DNA of 62,286 bases from Pseudomonadota bacterium (GCA_021325135.1 JAJPHT010000012.1:1-62286); one strand, 5' to 3'; positions 1 through 10,263 are shown, counted from the stretch's first letter. Notes: generated from the letters alone by a model not told the origin. A program made the numbers and translations.

Positions 1-1066
1 GACCTTCGAAAGAGAAAACGGGGGGCGGGGCGGGGGTCGGAGGGGGAGGGGCCGGCGAGGCCCCTCCCCCTGAGTGGTGGGGGAGAGCGGGGGCCTCCGG
101 CCCCCGCGTGGTGGAGGGTCCGGGAGGCTCCGCCTCCTGGCGGTGGGGGTGCGGGGGCTCCTGCCCCCGCTTCGGGCGGCTCCGCGCGTATCTCGCGTGC
201 GCGTGCGCGTGCGCGCGGTGCGTGCGACTGCCGCCCGCCTCGGGGGCAGGTCCCTTCCCCCGTCCTCTCCTCTGCCCCCGGTCGTCTCCTCCCACCCGCG
301 GGGGCACCGCGCCCCCGCTGGCCTCCCACCCGAAGGGGGAGCCGCCTCGCGGGCCTCTCCCCCCTCGACGCTGCCGGCGGGCGCGGCGGGCGTGTTGCCG
401 CGCGCCCGCGCCCCCGGCGGCGGTGTTGCGTGTTGCGCCGCGGCCCCACCGCGCCGGCCCGCGCCGCGCAGCGGCGCGCGGCCCGGCGCGTCGTGGGCCG
501 CGGCCCGGGGTCCGGGGCCTTGGCCCCGGCGGGGGTGCGGGGGCAGCGCCCCCGCGTCGGGTCCTCCGCGATGCGCGCCCTCCTGTGCCGGGTCCAGGGG
601 AGCCGGGAGCCCCTGGAGTGGCGGGCATCGCGTGAAGGCGTCGTCCATCGTCGTCCGACGCCGCCGGGGGGCCTCGCCCGCCCCCCGGCGGTGGCGGACG
701 CCATCAACCGGCCCAACCTGTTGCACGTCGCGGGCGGGCTCCCCGCGCTGCCCGCGTGCGTCACGATCTACACGACGGGCGCCGCGCTGTGCATGGCGTT
801 GCCCGGCGCCACGCCGGGCGACGACTCGCACCAGGCGGCATCCTCGCCCCGCGTCGTGTCGGGCGCGCGCACGCGCCCGACCGTGGGGGCTCCGGGGGCC
901 GCGGCCCCCGGCGGGAGGGGAGCGGGGGAGGGCAGCGCCCTCCCCAAGAATCGCACGACGCGGGATGCGCGGGGGTTCGCAAGGGGGCGCGCGCCGCCCG
1001 CGCCCCCTTGCTTGGCCCGGGGGGTATTCGGGGGGCGCGGCCACGGAGCGCCCCCCGCTCGCAGGG

Positions 1067-1101
1067 GGGTGTTAGGGGGGAGAAGGTCCCCCCTAACACC
1101 C
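1067..1101. repeat. Perfect 15-bp stem hairpin within a hairpin-rich GC region
   Basis: GGGTGTTAGGGGGGA-GAAGG-TCCCCCCTAACACCC. Confidence 0.85.
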
Positions 1102-1181
1102 GAAAAGAGAACGGAGCGACGACGCGCAAAGCGCAAGGAAGCTGGACCGTCACCGACGAAAGCGATCCGTCTCTTCTCTAC

Positions 1182-2435
1182 TCACTTCCAGTTGCTTTCG
1201 CGTATCGACTGATACTGCGCTTGATAGCTCGAAGTTGAGTCCTGAGCAGGCTGCACGCGCCCTTCAACCGCCTTGACGAATGCGGGGACGAATGCAGGGC
1301 CGACGACTCCCCATCCTTGCTGTGCGGCGCCGCCGACAATCGGGACCGTGACGACGAACACCTTTCCGAGCACCGGGCTTTCCTCGGGTTCGCCAGTCGG
1401 ATTGAAGTCCGTCGGACCGAAGCGAATGGCGCTCGCGTTCGCCGCCTCTCGCATCTGGTGGGCGCAATCCGGACTGAGCGCCCGGCAGAATCCGGCTTCC
1501 CTCAACTGAGCCAATCCCTCTGCGAAGGCGCCCGCCGCGGTCGGAGTGCTGAAGCTCGTCCCGCTGCGCCAAGTGTAGTTCTCGGTACTCGTGGCCGTCG
1601 GTGCGAAGGCCGTAACGTTCGAGATGAAGTCCACGCCATGCGAACTGTCCGCAGACGTGCCGTTCGTGGATGGCTCGAAACCGCCAATGCAGATGATCCA
1701 CGGCGGCCCGCAAGTGTAACTTTGCATCGTCGGGCTTGGGTCGTTGCCCGCCGCCGCGACAACCAGTTTCCCTTCCGACGCTGCGAGGCGCGTCCCGTCA
1801 AGGTACGTCTGCATCTCGGGATGCAGGGACGGATCATCAGGAGGATTGCCGGGGTTTCCAAAGCTGATGCTGATGACATCTATCCAAGGCTGGTGTGCCG
1901 CCCATGCGACGCCGTTCGGCAAGCTGGGGTCGATTAGACAAGAGGTTGTGCAAAGGCCGCCCGAGCCCTGGATCGCCACGATCAGCGACGACTGCGCGAT
2001 CTTCGCCACCACGCCCGCGGTCGCGGTCCCGTGGCTGCTCGAATCATCGAGGATGAAGCTCCCCTTCGTCGTGTTGAGCATCGAGATAGCAACGACGCGA
2101 GTCCCCGCGAAATGGTACAACTGACCGGGCTTGAGGGAACTCCACATACCTTGGTCGGCCTCGATGCGATCCCCGAAGGAGCCCGTCTGAGAGAGGTTGA
2201 CCTCCGTGACCGGAACACCGATCATCCTTGCGACGGTGCCGTTGTCGAACTCGTGTGACCTGAATGCCTCGTGATAGGGGTTAATCCCTGAATCAACCAC
2301 GGCGACAACAACGGGCCTCACGACTACAGGTTGTGACCCGTTACTCGGGGCCGGCGGCTCCGAGGTGGTGCAACCGGCCAGCAAGAAAAGCGCCAGGAGG
2401 ACAGGCAAGAACGCCGCCGTTCCCCCGTGTCGCAT
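1182..2435 (-). CDS. Subtilisin-like S8 serine peptidase, lipoprotein
   Basis: Lipobox LLAGC; catalytic motifs VVDSG, HGTATAG, AAAGN, GTSFSTP; ATG 2435 chosen as start. Confidence 0.9.
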   Translation of the reverse strand: MRHGGTAAFLPVLLALFLLAGCTTSEPPAPSNGSQPVVVRPVVVAVVDSGINPYHEAFRSHEFDNGTVARMIGVPVTEVNLSQTGSFGDRIEADQGMWSSLKPGQLYHFAGTRVVAISMLNTTKGSFILDDSSSHGTATAGVVAKIAQSSLIVAIQGSGGLCTTSCLIDPSLPNGVAWAAHQPWIDVISISFGNPGNPPDDPSLHPEMQTYLDGTRLAASEGKLVVAAAGNDPSPTMQSYTCGPPWIICIGGFEPSTNGTSADSSHGVDFISNVTAFAPTATSTENYTWRSGTSFSTPTAAGAFAEGLAQLREAGFCRALSPDCAHQMREAANASAIRFGPTDFNPTGEPEESPVLGKVFVVTVPIVGGAAQQGWGVVGPAFVPAFVKAVEGRVQPAQDSTSSYQAQYQSIRESNWK

Positions 2436-2549
2436 GATGGCGAGACGACCGAACGACCTACAAGAACTTTGTTGCGCCGTACCCCTTGCAACAGGCGCCA
2501 AGAATGTTCAAATATGGCCCCCTGCCTCGGTAACAACGGGGTACCAAGC

Positions 2550-2804
2550 TTGAAGGCAGTTCTCCCTGCATTGACCACACTTTGTTTCCTGTTCCTCTCG
2601 GGGGTCGCCGCAGCCTCGCCCGGTGTCAAGATCGAGGTCATCGTCAGCTGCGACGGGGCCGATCCGGAGTCGTGCGTCTGCACCCTGCCGGGCGACCTCT
2701 GCGACGACGACTGCCCGATCAACGATCCGCACCTGCTGGCGAATTACGGCGACGACCTCCACCAGTGTCTTGCCGCCGTCCTTCCGTTCCCCCCGCCGAT
2801 CTGA
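2550..2804 (+). CDS. Small secreted Cys-rich acidic protein
   Basis: Signal-peptide-like N-terminus then 6 Cys; ends 12 bp before the next ATG; start uncertain (TTG 2550 or ATG 2514). Confidence 0.6.
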   Translation: MKAVLPALTTLCFLFLSGVAAASPGVKIEVIVSCDGADPESCVCTLPGDLCDDDCPINDPHLLANYGDDLHQCLAAVLPFPPPI

Positions 2805-2816
2805 AGGTGACTCCAC

Positions 2817-4340
2817 ATGACCCGGTGGGGAATCCTCTGCGTGGCTGCAATCCTCCTAGCTACGCAAGTCCCCACCGAGCCGGCAAGTGCTGGCGGTTCC
2901 GTCAACGCCACGGGCGCAAGCGTCGAAGTCCGCGACGGCTTCCAAGACTGCTCGCAACAGACGACGCACTTCTGCGAATACAACGTCTCGAACGGCAACG
3001 ATCCTGCGAATGCGACGATCGACGCCTATCAACGAATCGACTTCGTGGGCGTCACCGTCGATTCCACCGCCGTGAATCGTCTCCTTGGGTCGCACGTCGT
3101 CGGACGGCAATCGGTTCAGATCAACGGCAATAGCACTTACTTGCCTAACCCTCTCCTGCCGATGGTCAGCGAGGCTTGGACCGAGATTGACGCGCAGCGT
3201 CCCGGGCGATCCCTCCTCGACGTTGAGATGAGCCGTGAGAACGTTTCTCTCGTCTATCCGATGATCCGTTACAACACGTCAGAGCCGATCGGCTGGAATT
3301 GGCTCGCCTTCCCTTATCCAGATGACGGAGGGATCGGCTACGATCGGATCGGCCCGTACAACGCGCCCGAAGGCAACAGCACGGACGGATACCTCGAACA
3401 GGATCAGCGCCTTCTCTGCGACTACCCGGGGATCGACACCTACTGCAATCCGGTGGTTGGCGAGACGCGAGAAACGTTCACGGCCACGGCGCCGAACGTC
3501 ATCGTCGGCGCCGAGTTCTACAACGCTTCGATTTCGGTTCGTGAGGGCAACGTCTCCAACGCAACTTACTACTGGACAGGCTCAGATTGGGTGTTCTATC
3601 CGAGATATGATTCCGGCAACTTGCCTAGGATCGTGTTCGATTCTACGCCGTTCATCCATCAGAACTGGACGTTCACACCTCCAACGGATCAGCGACCCAT
3701 GATCCCGCCGAAGGCAGCGCCCACGCGGGGCACGACCGGCCCGCAGAGCGAGTCCGAACACACCGTCCCCAATTGGACTGTTGCGGTCGTTGCGGCTGCT
3801 GCCGGAGCCCTGCTCCTTGCTGCCGCAGCGGTCCTCTACTCTCGCTTCACGAGCAAGAACGCGCTTCTCGCCTCCAAGAGCCGCCAAGAACTCTTGGCGC
3901 TCATCGACGCGCATCCGGGCATATCTCCTTCAGAAGCCGCAGCCAAGATGGGCTGCCGGAGAAACAATATCATGCACCATGCCCGCGTGCTGGAGAAGGC
4001 GGCGTTCATCAAGATCGTCGCCACGAATGGGCGCGCGTTCTTCTACCGATCCGGCCAGGAAGTTCCACCCCAGGAAATCGCGGTCGCGCATCCCGTGGCG
4101 CAAGCGATCCTCCGGCGCATCCGCGACGGCGGGCCGGCAACGATGCAGGAGCTTCTCGCTGCCTGTGGAGACACGCCGCAACGCACCTGCTACTATCATG
4201 TTGCACGCCTCGTGAACGCTGGCCTTCTCACCGTGGAAACAGTCGGTGAGAGTCGGAAGATCGGGCTCCCTTCGGAGAATAGCCCCGAGGCTCCGCGGTC
4301 TGTCGCCCCCGCGACTCTCACCGCGCCCGCGCCGATCTAG
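2817..4340 (+). CDS. Membrane-anchored transcriptional regulator (extracellular domain, TM helix, tandem wHTH)
   Basis: Signal peptide; TM VAVVAAAAGALLLAAAAVLY; then two ArsR-like wHTH motifs (HPGISPSEAAAKMG..HHARVLE and ..TCYYHVARLVNAGL). Confidence 0.85.
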   Translation: MTRWGILCVAAILLATQVPTEPASAGGSVNATGASVEVRDGFQDCSQQTTHFCEYNVSNGNDPANATIDAYQRIDFVGVTVDSTAVNRLLGSHVVGRQSVQINGNSTYLPNPLLPMVSEAWTEIDAQRPGRSLLDVEMSRENVSLVYPMIRYNTSEPIGWNWLAFPYPDDGGIGYDRIGPYNAPEGNSTDGYLEQDQRLLCDYPGIDTYCNPVVGETRETFTATAPNVIVGAEFYNASISVREGNVSNATYYWTGSDWVFYPRYDSGNLPRIVFDSTPFIHQNWTFTPPTDQRPMIPPKAAPTRGTTGPQSESEHTVPNWTVAVVAAAAGALLLAAAAVLYSRFTSKNALLASKSRQELLALIDAHPGISPSEAAAKMGCRRNNIMHHARVLEKAAFIKIVATNGRAFFYRSGQEVPPQEIAVAHPVAQAILRRIRDGGPATMQELLAACGDTPQRTCYYHVARLVNAGLLTVETVGESRKIGLPSENSPEAPRSVAPATLTAPAPI

Positions 4341-4426
4341 CGCGGGGTCTGATTGCGCGCGAACTTTTGCAAGCTGCGACAAATATTGGCTTGGTAACGC
4401 GCGTGGTTGCGCTCCTCGGTGACTGA

Positions 4427-4924
4427 TTGAACGTCCCAAGGAACCTGCTCTGTCTGACCATCGCCGCCTGCCTCGCCATGTTCGCCGCGCCGCAGATCAC
4501 GGCCCTCCCCACGGAGGCCGACGTGTTCGTGTCCGCGCCCGTCCATGCGTTCTCCACGACGGACGCCTACTCCGGCTTCGTCACCGACACCTGCGTCCAG
4601 GCGACCGGCGTCCCGCTCGATGATAGCGCCTTCGGCGGCTTGATCCGCGAGGCGGCGAACTCCCAGGGCGGCGTGATCTACTCCGACCCCGGCACGCTCG
4701 ACCACTACCGCAGCGGCGGGAGCCCCACGAACCTCCCCGTGGACGGGGAGGGCCAGGGCTCGACCGGCGGCATGGACCCGTGCTGCGTGTGCGGCATCAT
4801 CAACCCCGACCAGTCGATCCGCGGCTGCGTCGCGCTCTCCAAGCCGTGCTGCTGCTACTCGGAGATCCACACCGACCTGTCGATCGTTTGCCTCTGCCAG
4901 GGGGGCGAGGGATGCAGCAAGTGA
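4427..4924 (+). CDS. Secreted protein with Cys-rich C-terminus (paralog of 5225-5662)
   Basis: Signal peptide, TDAY motif, C-terminal CCVC..PCCC..CLC. Confidence 0.75.
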   Translation: MNVPRNLLCLTIAACLAMFAAPQITALPTEADVFVSAPVHAFSTTDAYSGFVTDTCVQATGVPLDDSAFGGLIREAANSQGGVIYSDPGTLDHYRSGGSPTNLPVDGEGQGSTGGMDPCCVCGIINPDQSIRGCVALSKPCCCYSEIHTDLSIVCLCQGGEGCSK

Positions 4925-5172
4925 AGCTCCTTCCGCTCGCGCTCCTCGCGCTCCTCGTCGTCCCGCTGGCCCTGGCCTCCCCTGCCTCCAAGGTCACAGG
5001 CCAGCTGGGCGACCCGTACCCGAGGACCCCGCCCGGAACGCTCTGCGTGGTCGAGCAGAACCAGGAGGGCCTTCTGCCGTCCTTCTACGTGTACTGCTGC
5101 CCCTACATGCAGATCAACCCGCCCGACGGGCCGTACATCATGTGCGTGTACCCGATGGGCAAGCACCCCTGA
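4921..5172 (+). CDS. Small secreted Cys/Pro-rich protein
   Basis: GTG overlaps the upstream TGA; MKLLPLALLALLVVPLALA signal peptide; 4 Cys. Confidence 0.75.
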   Translation: MKLLPLALLALLVVPLALASPASKVTGQLGDPYPRTPPGTLCVVEQNQEGLLPSFYVYCCPYMQINPPDGPYIMCVYPMGKHP

Positions 5173-5224
5173 CGCGGGTCGCGTCAGGGGACCTCCCCTC
5201 TTTCCATCTCCAAGGTGAACCCCC

Positions 5225-5662
5225 ATGAAGCTCCCTCTCCTCGTCGCCGCCGCCTTCGCCGTGTGCCTCCCGATCGCCTACGCGCAGGAGGTCGGCGGAA
5301 GCCCCGTCCCCTCCGTGCCCCCTCCCGCCGCGGACCTCATCTCCGCGACCGACGCCTACGCGGTCGCCACGATCGACGGCTGCTCCCACGCCGCCAACTT
5401 CGATGCCCAGGACGGCGGCCTCGCCGTTTACTACGGCAGCCCCACCGCAGCGGGTACTCCCCTCGCTCTCGACGGCCCCGCCAAGGCGATGCTGTCTGAG
5501 CAGGTCAACATCTGCTGCGCGTGCGGCCCGCATATTTGCGATCACTGGTGGTGCTTCTTCACCACCACTTGCGAAGTGTTCGGAGACGGCCCCTGCTGCT
5601 GCACGGCCATCATCGAACCGGACGGCACGACCCATTGCTACTGCGCGGTCGGCAAGTGCTGA
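5225..5662 (+). CDS. Secreted protein with Cys-rich C-terminus
   Basis: Signal peptide, TDAY motif, CCAC..PCCC..CYC tail. Confidence 0.8.
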   Translation: MKLPLLVAAAFAVCLPIAYAQEVGGSPVPSVPPPAADLISATDAYAVATIDGCSHAANFDAQDGGLAVYYGSPTAAGTPLALDGPAKAMLSEQVNICCACGPHICDHWWCFFTTTCEVFGDGPCCCTAIIEPDGTTHCYCAVGKC

Positions 5663-5675
5663 CGGAGGGGAGCAT

Positions 5676-6596
5676 ATGACCACCCGAAAAGAACTCGTCG
5701 CCGTGGGCGTCCTCGCCGCGCTCCTCATCGTGGGCGCCGTCGCGGTCGCGCTCAACTCCAACAGCGCGGAAGCGACTCACGCCAACGCACCCGCGCAAGC
5801 GATCGCCCTCAACGCGACCGCCGACGCCAACCACTCGATCCAGTGGGACGACAAGGTGTTCTTCCGCTACACCATGTTCAACGCGAGCGGGAAGCCCATC
5901 TTCACGAACCAGTACGCCTCGGCCCTCATCATCAACAACACGGATCCGCTGTATCTGATCAGCGAGATCGAGGACTACAAGGTGAGCAACCTCACCTTGG
6001 GCGCCTACAACGTGGGCCAACCCTTTGGCACACCCTTTGAGGCGTCGTTCATCGGCCATCACGCGGGCGAAACCTACGTCACGCCTCTGATCGCCGCGAA
6101 CGACACCGTGACGGGCTCGACGGGCGTCCACGTCACGCTGACCCGCGTCTCCAAGGATTTCCCCATGCGCGAGAGCGTGCCCTCTGCCGCCTTCCGGCAG
6201 CGGTTCCCCAACGCCACGGAGGGCTCCGTCGTCCAACTCAACCCGCGGTACTTCGTCACCGTCGAGGCGATGAACGACACTGTGACGACGTACCGCTACC
6301 TCGTCCACGACGGCGAGCAGCACCCGTACCCCGAGCTTGGCGAGTTCGCCAACCTGACGACGATCGTCAGCGCCGACCGGACGACGTTCCATGACAGGAT
6401 CGACATTCCGACCGGCGCCGCGTTCTTCCGCAAGAACGATCACGTTCTGAACCTCACGCACGGCTCGTACTACGTGCGCGGCGTCACGCCTGATTCGATC
6501 CTGCTCGACCAACTGAAGGCCCCGTGGTACGCGCACCTCTTCGAGGACGTGTTCTTCGTCGTGGAGGTCGTGGAGGTCCAGCCCGCGGCCCGGTAG
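5676..6596 (+). CDS. Membrane-anchored exported protein, possibly a degenerate FKBP-type PPIase fold
   Basis: GGAGG RBS; N-terminal TM; DDKVFFRYTMFNASGKPIFTN and a C-terminal FFVVEVVEV resemble FKBP strands. Confidence 0.6.
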   Translation: MTTRKELVAVGVLAALLIVGAVAVALNSNSAEATHANAPAQAIALNATADANHSIQWDDKVFFRYTMFNASGKPIFTNQYASALIINNTDPLYLISEIEDYKVSNLTLGAYNVGQPFGTPFEASFIGHHAGETYVTPLIAANDTVTGSTGVHVTLTRVSKDFPMRESVPSAAFRQRFPNATEGSVVQLNPRYFVTVEAMNDTVTTYRYLVHDGEQHPYPELGEFANLTTIVSADRTTFHDRIDIPTGAAFFRKNDHVLNLTHGSYYVRGVTPDSILLDQLKAPWYAHLFEDVFFVVEVVEVQPAAR

Positions 6597-6644
6597 GTTC
6601 ATCGACGGCGGCAGGGATCGGCCAAGGAGGAGGGAACCAGAGCG

Positions 6645-7676
6645 ATGCAAGTCCGACATGGATCATTCGTCGTCTTACTGGTTACTCTCCTCCTCTCGCC
6701 CTTCGTCACCGCCCTTTGCGACGACTCGACAGTGACTCCCGGGATTCGCAGCTGCTCCCCAGGGCCGCAGCAAGCCTGCTACGGGATTCGCCCCGGGGCG
6801 CTGTTCCACAGTGAGAACTGGACCGACTGCACGGCCAGCTTCGTCTTTGTTGCACCCGAAGGCGTGTTCATGGAAACTGCGGCGCATTGTGTTCACGAAA
6901 AAGGGCAGAAGATTTGGTTCTACTACCCGAACGCGAGCGCCGCGCCTACCAGTTACGCCGATCTAGAGAGCCGCGCACCAGACGCAACCGTCGCGTTTAT
7001 CGCCCCGGGATGGACGCAAGTCGGGTCGGGCGACTTCCGCCGCGATCAGGACTTCGCGCTCCTCCGGCTGGGCGATCACGTCCTGCGCGACGTGGCGCCC
7101 GACGTATGCGGCGGACGCGGCCCGACAGGCATCTACAACGAGACGGGCAGCAAACAGCACGTCCTGTATTTCTACGGTCACGGTGTCGGCTTCAACGGCG
7201 CGATGGAAGCTCGCCAAGGCGTAGGCCCCACATGGGACGGTGGCGCGTTGTTCTACGCGACCGCCACCCTGTCTGACGGCGACAGCGGCGGGCCGTGGCT
7301 GACGCAGGAGGGCTTGGCGATCGGCCACGAATCCGGCGGCACGCCGCCCGCGCAGAGTACCAACGGGAGCGAAGTCGGCGTCCACATAGGCACCGTGATA
7401 GCATCCGCCCGATCCGCCGGGCTGTCACTTCGGTTGCTCCTCGCAGGACAGACTGCGAGCGTAGAATATGCGAAGGAGCGCCCCGCCGGGCCGACGCCTC
7501 CGACCACGAACGAAACCCCAAGCCCGACGGTCAGCGCGCCATCAAGCCCTGCGGCGCCGACGGCCCCCGCGAATGGCCCGGTCAGCAGCAGTCCGCGGGC
7601 CGTTCCATCCGCGGATGTGCCTGCCGCCGTCGCCTGCGCGATGGGTGCGGCCCTCCTGTCAAAGCGGCGGCGATAG
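6645..7676 (+). CDS. Secreted trypsin-like (S1) serine protease with C-terminal anchor
   Basis: TAAHC, DFAL, GDSGG triad motifs; Pro/Thr linker; hydrophobic tail ending KRRR. Confidence 0.88.
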   Translation: MQVRHGSFVVLLVTLLLSPFVTALCDDSTVTPGIRSCSPGPQQACYGIRPGALFHSENWTDCTASFVFVAPEGVFMETAAHCVHEKGQKIWFYYPNASAAPTSYADLESRAPDATVAFIAPGWTQVGSGDFRRDQDFALLRLGDHVLRDVAPDVCGGRGPTGIYNETGSKQHVLYFYGHGVGFNGAMEARQGVGPTWDGGALFYATATLSDGDSGGPWLTQEGLAIGHESGGTPPAQSTNGSEVGVHIGTVIASARSAGLSLRLLLAGQTASVEYAKERPAGPTPPTTNETPSPTVSAPSSPAAPTAPANGPVSSSPRAVPSADVPAAVACAMGAALLSKRRR

Positions 7677-7767
7677 CAACCTAGCAACCCCGAGGCACGC
7701 ACCCCATTGAAGTTGTAGCTTCAGCCTCCGCACCCAACCCCACATTCCAGCTTGAGCCCTGATCTGC

Positions 7768-8661
7768 ATGAGTTTCGATTTCATCACGCTTGTTCAACTT
7801 CTGCCGCCTATCGTGCGCTTTCTCGTCGCCGGATGGTTGTTCAACAAAGGTCGTCCAGTTCCCATCGCCATTGGCCTTGTCGTCTTGGCCGCGGGCATCG
7901 TTGGCCTCGGGAACCGTCTCGTTGATCTTGGCTTCCCCGAGTCGTGGCGGACCTTTGCGCTGACGACCTATCCGTTGCTCTTGCCGGCCTTGGTGTTCGT
8001 TTGGATGGCGTTCCACCCCTGGCAAATACAGAACCCGAGGGCGAAGGCCGTTCTTGCCGTGGCGGGTGTCGTGGCGCTCGCGTTGGCGGCATGGCTCATC
8101 AACGACTCGTGCGCGTGGTTCTGTTCTACCAAGGCCGGCCCGCACGCTGGCCCCATCTATGTGCTGGCGTCAATGCTATCTTTCGCCTACCTCTGGCTCG
8201 CGCTCCTGCTCGCCCGCGACTCGATCAAAGCAGAACCTATCCTCGACCCCGCCGCGGGCGAAAGCGCCTCAATCATCGTCGCATGGACGGGCCTCAGTTT
8301 CTTTGGCATTATCGCAGCCAACGCAATCATGGGCTATTTCAACTACGGAGGCCAATGGTTCGGCAACAGTGTTGAAGTCCTGCTCGGCCTGGGCGATCTT
8401 GCGGTCCTCGTATGGGTTGCGTGGCCGTGGGGCCGGTCCATACCGGGGTTCCGCGCAGGCTGGATTCTCCTCTGGGGCGGCTTCGCCGTCCTCCTCGGAA
8501 TGATCCGCGCTGGCCTCACGGACAGCCTATGGGGCGAGGACAGCGACCTTCCCGTGATCCTCTACTCCCTGTGGGGCCTGGGCGTCACCGTCGCGCTCTA
8601 CGTCGCCCTTTCCAAGTCCGGCGCCTTCTTGGAGGAGGCACCTCCGGAAGCCATGCCCTAA
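7768..8661 (+). CDS. Multi-pass membrane protein, unknown function
   Basis: About 8-9 hydrophobic segments. Confidence 0.8.
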   Translation: MSFDFITLVQLLPPIVRFLVAGWLFNKGRPVPIAIGLVVLAAGIVGLGNRLVDLGFPESWRTFALTTYPLLLPALVFVWMAFHPWQIQNPRAKAVLAVAGVVALALAAWLINDSCAWFCSTKAGPHAGPIYVLASMLSFAYLWLALLLARDSIKAEPILDPAAGESASIIVAWTGLSFFGIIAANAIMGYFNYGGQWFGNSVEVLLGLGDLAVLVWVAWPWGRSIPGFRAGWILLWGGFAVLLGMIRAGLTDSLWGEDSDLPVILYSLWGLGVTVALYVALSKSGAFLEEAPPEAMP

Positions 8662-8672
8662 GCTCGGCCTGC

Positions 8673-8813
8673 CAGCCCAAGTTTTGATCCTATCTTGACT
8701 TCAAAAGTTGGGCTGCAATCCATCATCAGGCACCCACCGACGCACGTTCAGTCCTCTACTTGCTGAAAGCAATAGTAGAGGACTAGTAACGTGGTCGGCT
8801 GGGTGGAACGCCT
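8673..8813 (+). repeat. Bipartite hairpin unit A
   Basis: Stem 8673-8687/8701-8715 with loop TCCTATCTTGACT; 86-nt rod hairpin 8728-8813. Confidence 0.9.
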
Positions 8814-9340
8814 CTGAGGGATCGCTGCCCGTCCCCAACGCAGCCCCGACAGGCCGACCCCATGCGAAGCCAGCGGACGCACGCGCAGCATCGGAAGCGC
8901 GAAGCGCCAGGATCGCGCAGGCGCCACGCTCGATGCCTCGCGGCTCCCGCCCGCCGCGCTCGCGCCGGATCGCGCCTTGTGCGCGCTCCCGGACGGCTTC
9001 TCCATGATCCCCGCGCCCCGCTGCGTCGGCGTCGTCGTGACGATCTACGCGACCCCGCCCGCGCGCTCGACCCCGCCCGCTGTGAAGGGCGGCTCGCCCG
9101 TGTTGTGGGCGAAAGTGAACGCCGACCTCGCCACCAGAGCGCCGTCCCGAGTGCAACCCTTCACGTCATCCTCTGGCCTTTGGCGTGCCGATGGTCGAGT
9201 TCCTGCCCGTGCGCGTCGGACTCCTGGCCGGCGGCGCCCTGGGCGGTGTCGTCGCGCGCCGCATCGCCCTCCGGGTCCGCCTCCGCCTACGCCTGGAGGT
9301 CGAGGCCGGCGACCCGCCGCCCCCGTGATCGCGCCGGCAC

Positions 9341-9482
9341 CCGACCTCTTCGCCCGCGCCATCTTGACTTGGGAAGAGTCGGCAACGCGATTCACGCCCG
9401 CCGCGGACGAATAGGCGCCCCCTATACGCTCCCCTTACCAAAGGGAGCGTATATGGGAGGCGCCACTTCCGTGACGCGGCGG
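9341..9482 (+). repeat. Bipartite hairpin unit D
   Basis: Bulged stem with loop ending CCATCTTGACT (9369); ~85-nt hairpin 9398-9482 with core TATACGCTCCC/GGGAGCGTATA. Confidence 0.8.
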
Positions 9483-9563
9483 ACCGACCGTCGAAGCGCT
9501 GGGCCATGACTCGCCTCCTCTGCCGACTCATCCCCCCGCCCCGCCTTCTCTCCTCGACGCCTC

Positions 9564-9601
9564 CGCGCGGCATGGTTCACCGAAACCCATGATATTGGAC
9601 C
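9564..9601 (+). promoter_or_regulatory. Repeated promoter/operator, copy 1
   Basis: 36/38 identical to 10264-10301; GATATT lies 29 bp before the ATG in both copies. Confidence 0.7.
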
Positions 9602-9619
9602 TCGACGTACCGGCTTGCC

Positions 9620-10243
9620 ATGCGTCGAGTCCAGCGCCGAACGCTCAGGCAAGACGAGCGCGTGCGCGAAGCCTACACGCGCGCTCCCAACGACTATGGC
9701 TTGGCGATCTACGCGGACCTTGGCACGCGCGCCCAGGCGCGCAACAGCCGCAAGCGCATGGGCCTCCCATCGCTCGCGCGCGCGCACCGTCCCCGCAACC
9801 AGAAGGAGCACGACGCGCGCCGCCGCCAGCTTGTCGAACACCCCGAGTGGTCGAGCGCCCAGCACGCCGAGGCGCGCGGCATCAGGCCCAGCGCGTGGCG
9901 TCAATGGCGCTGGCGCGAAGCCCACAAGCCTCTGACTACGCCGCCCACGGAGGCGCACGCCGCGAGCTGGGGCCAGCTCGTAGAGCAAGCCCTCCGCGCC
10001 GGCTACCTGCCCAGCCGCCGCACGCGCCTGCTCTGGTGGCGCCGCCGCCCACCCGTCGTGTTCCTGCTCCGCTTGGCGATGCTCCCGCCCCGCCTCGCCT
10101 GGATCGCGCCCCCGACCGCGCCGCCCGTGCTCCTCCGCGCGGACCTCGCCGCCGAGCTTGCACACCTCGCCACGCACGGCCTGAGCGCCGCGCTGGAGGA
10201 GCCCGACACCGACGCGGGGGCGATGCCCGCGAGCGTGATCTAG
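9620..10243 (+). CDS. Basic putative DNA-binding (HTH-like) protein
   Basis: HPEWSSAQHAEARGIRPSAWRQWR resembles an HTH; follows the repeated promoter. Confidence 0.65.
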   Translation: MRRVQRRTLRQDERVREAYTRAPNDYGLAIYADLGTRAQARNSRKRMGLPSLARAHRPRNQKEHDARRRQLVEHPEWSSAQHAEARGIRPSAWRQWRWREAHKPLTTPPTEAHAASWGQLVEQALRAGYLPSRRTRLLWWRRRPPVVFLLRLAMLPPRLAWIAPPTAPPVLLRADLAAELAHLATHGLSAALEEPDTDAGAMPASVI

Positions 10244-10263
10244 TCGCCCATGCCCTCGACGCT

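Noticed and set aside
74-1238. Several overlapping ORFs, including one from ATG 571
   Set aside because: Arg/Pro/Gly/Ala-rich products with no motifs, in a hairpin-rich region
8708-9007. Repeated peptide LVTWSAGWNAS as a protein domain
   Set aside because: Differences between the copies are compensatory base pairs, not synonymous changes, so the conservation is structural
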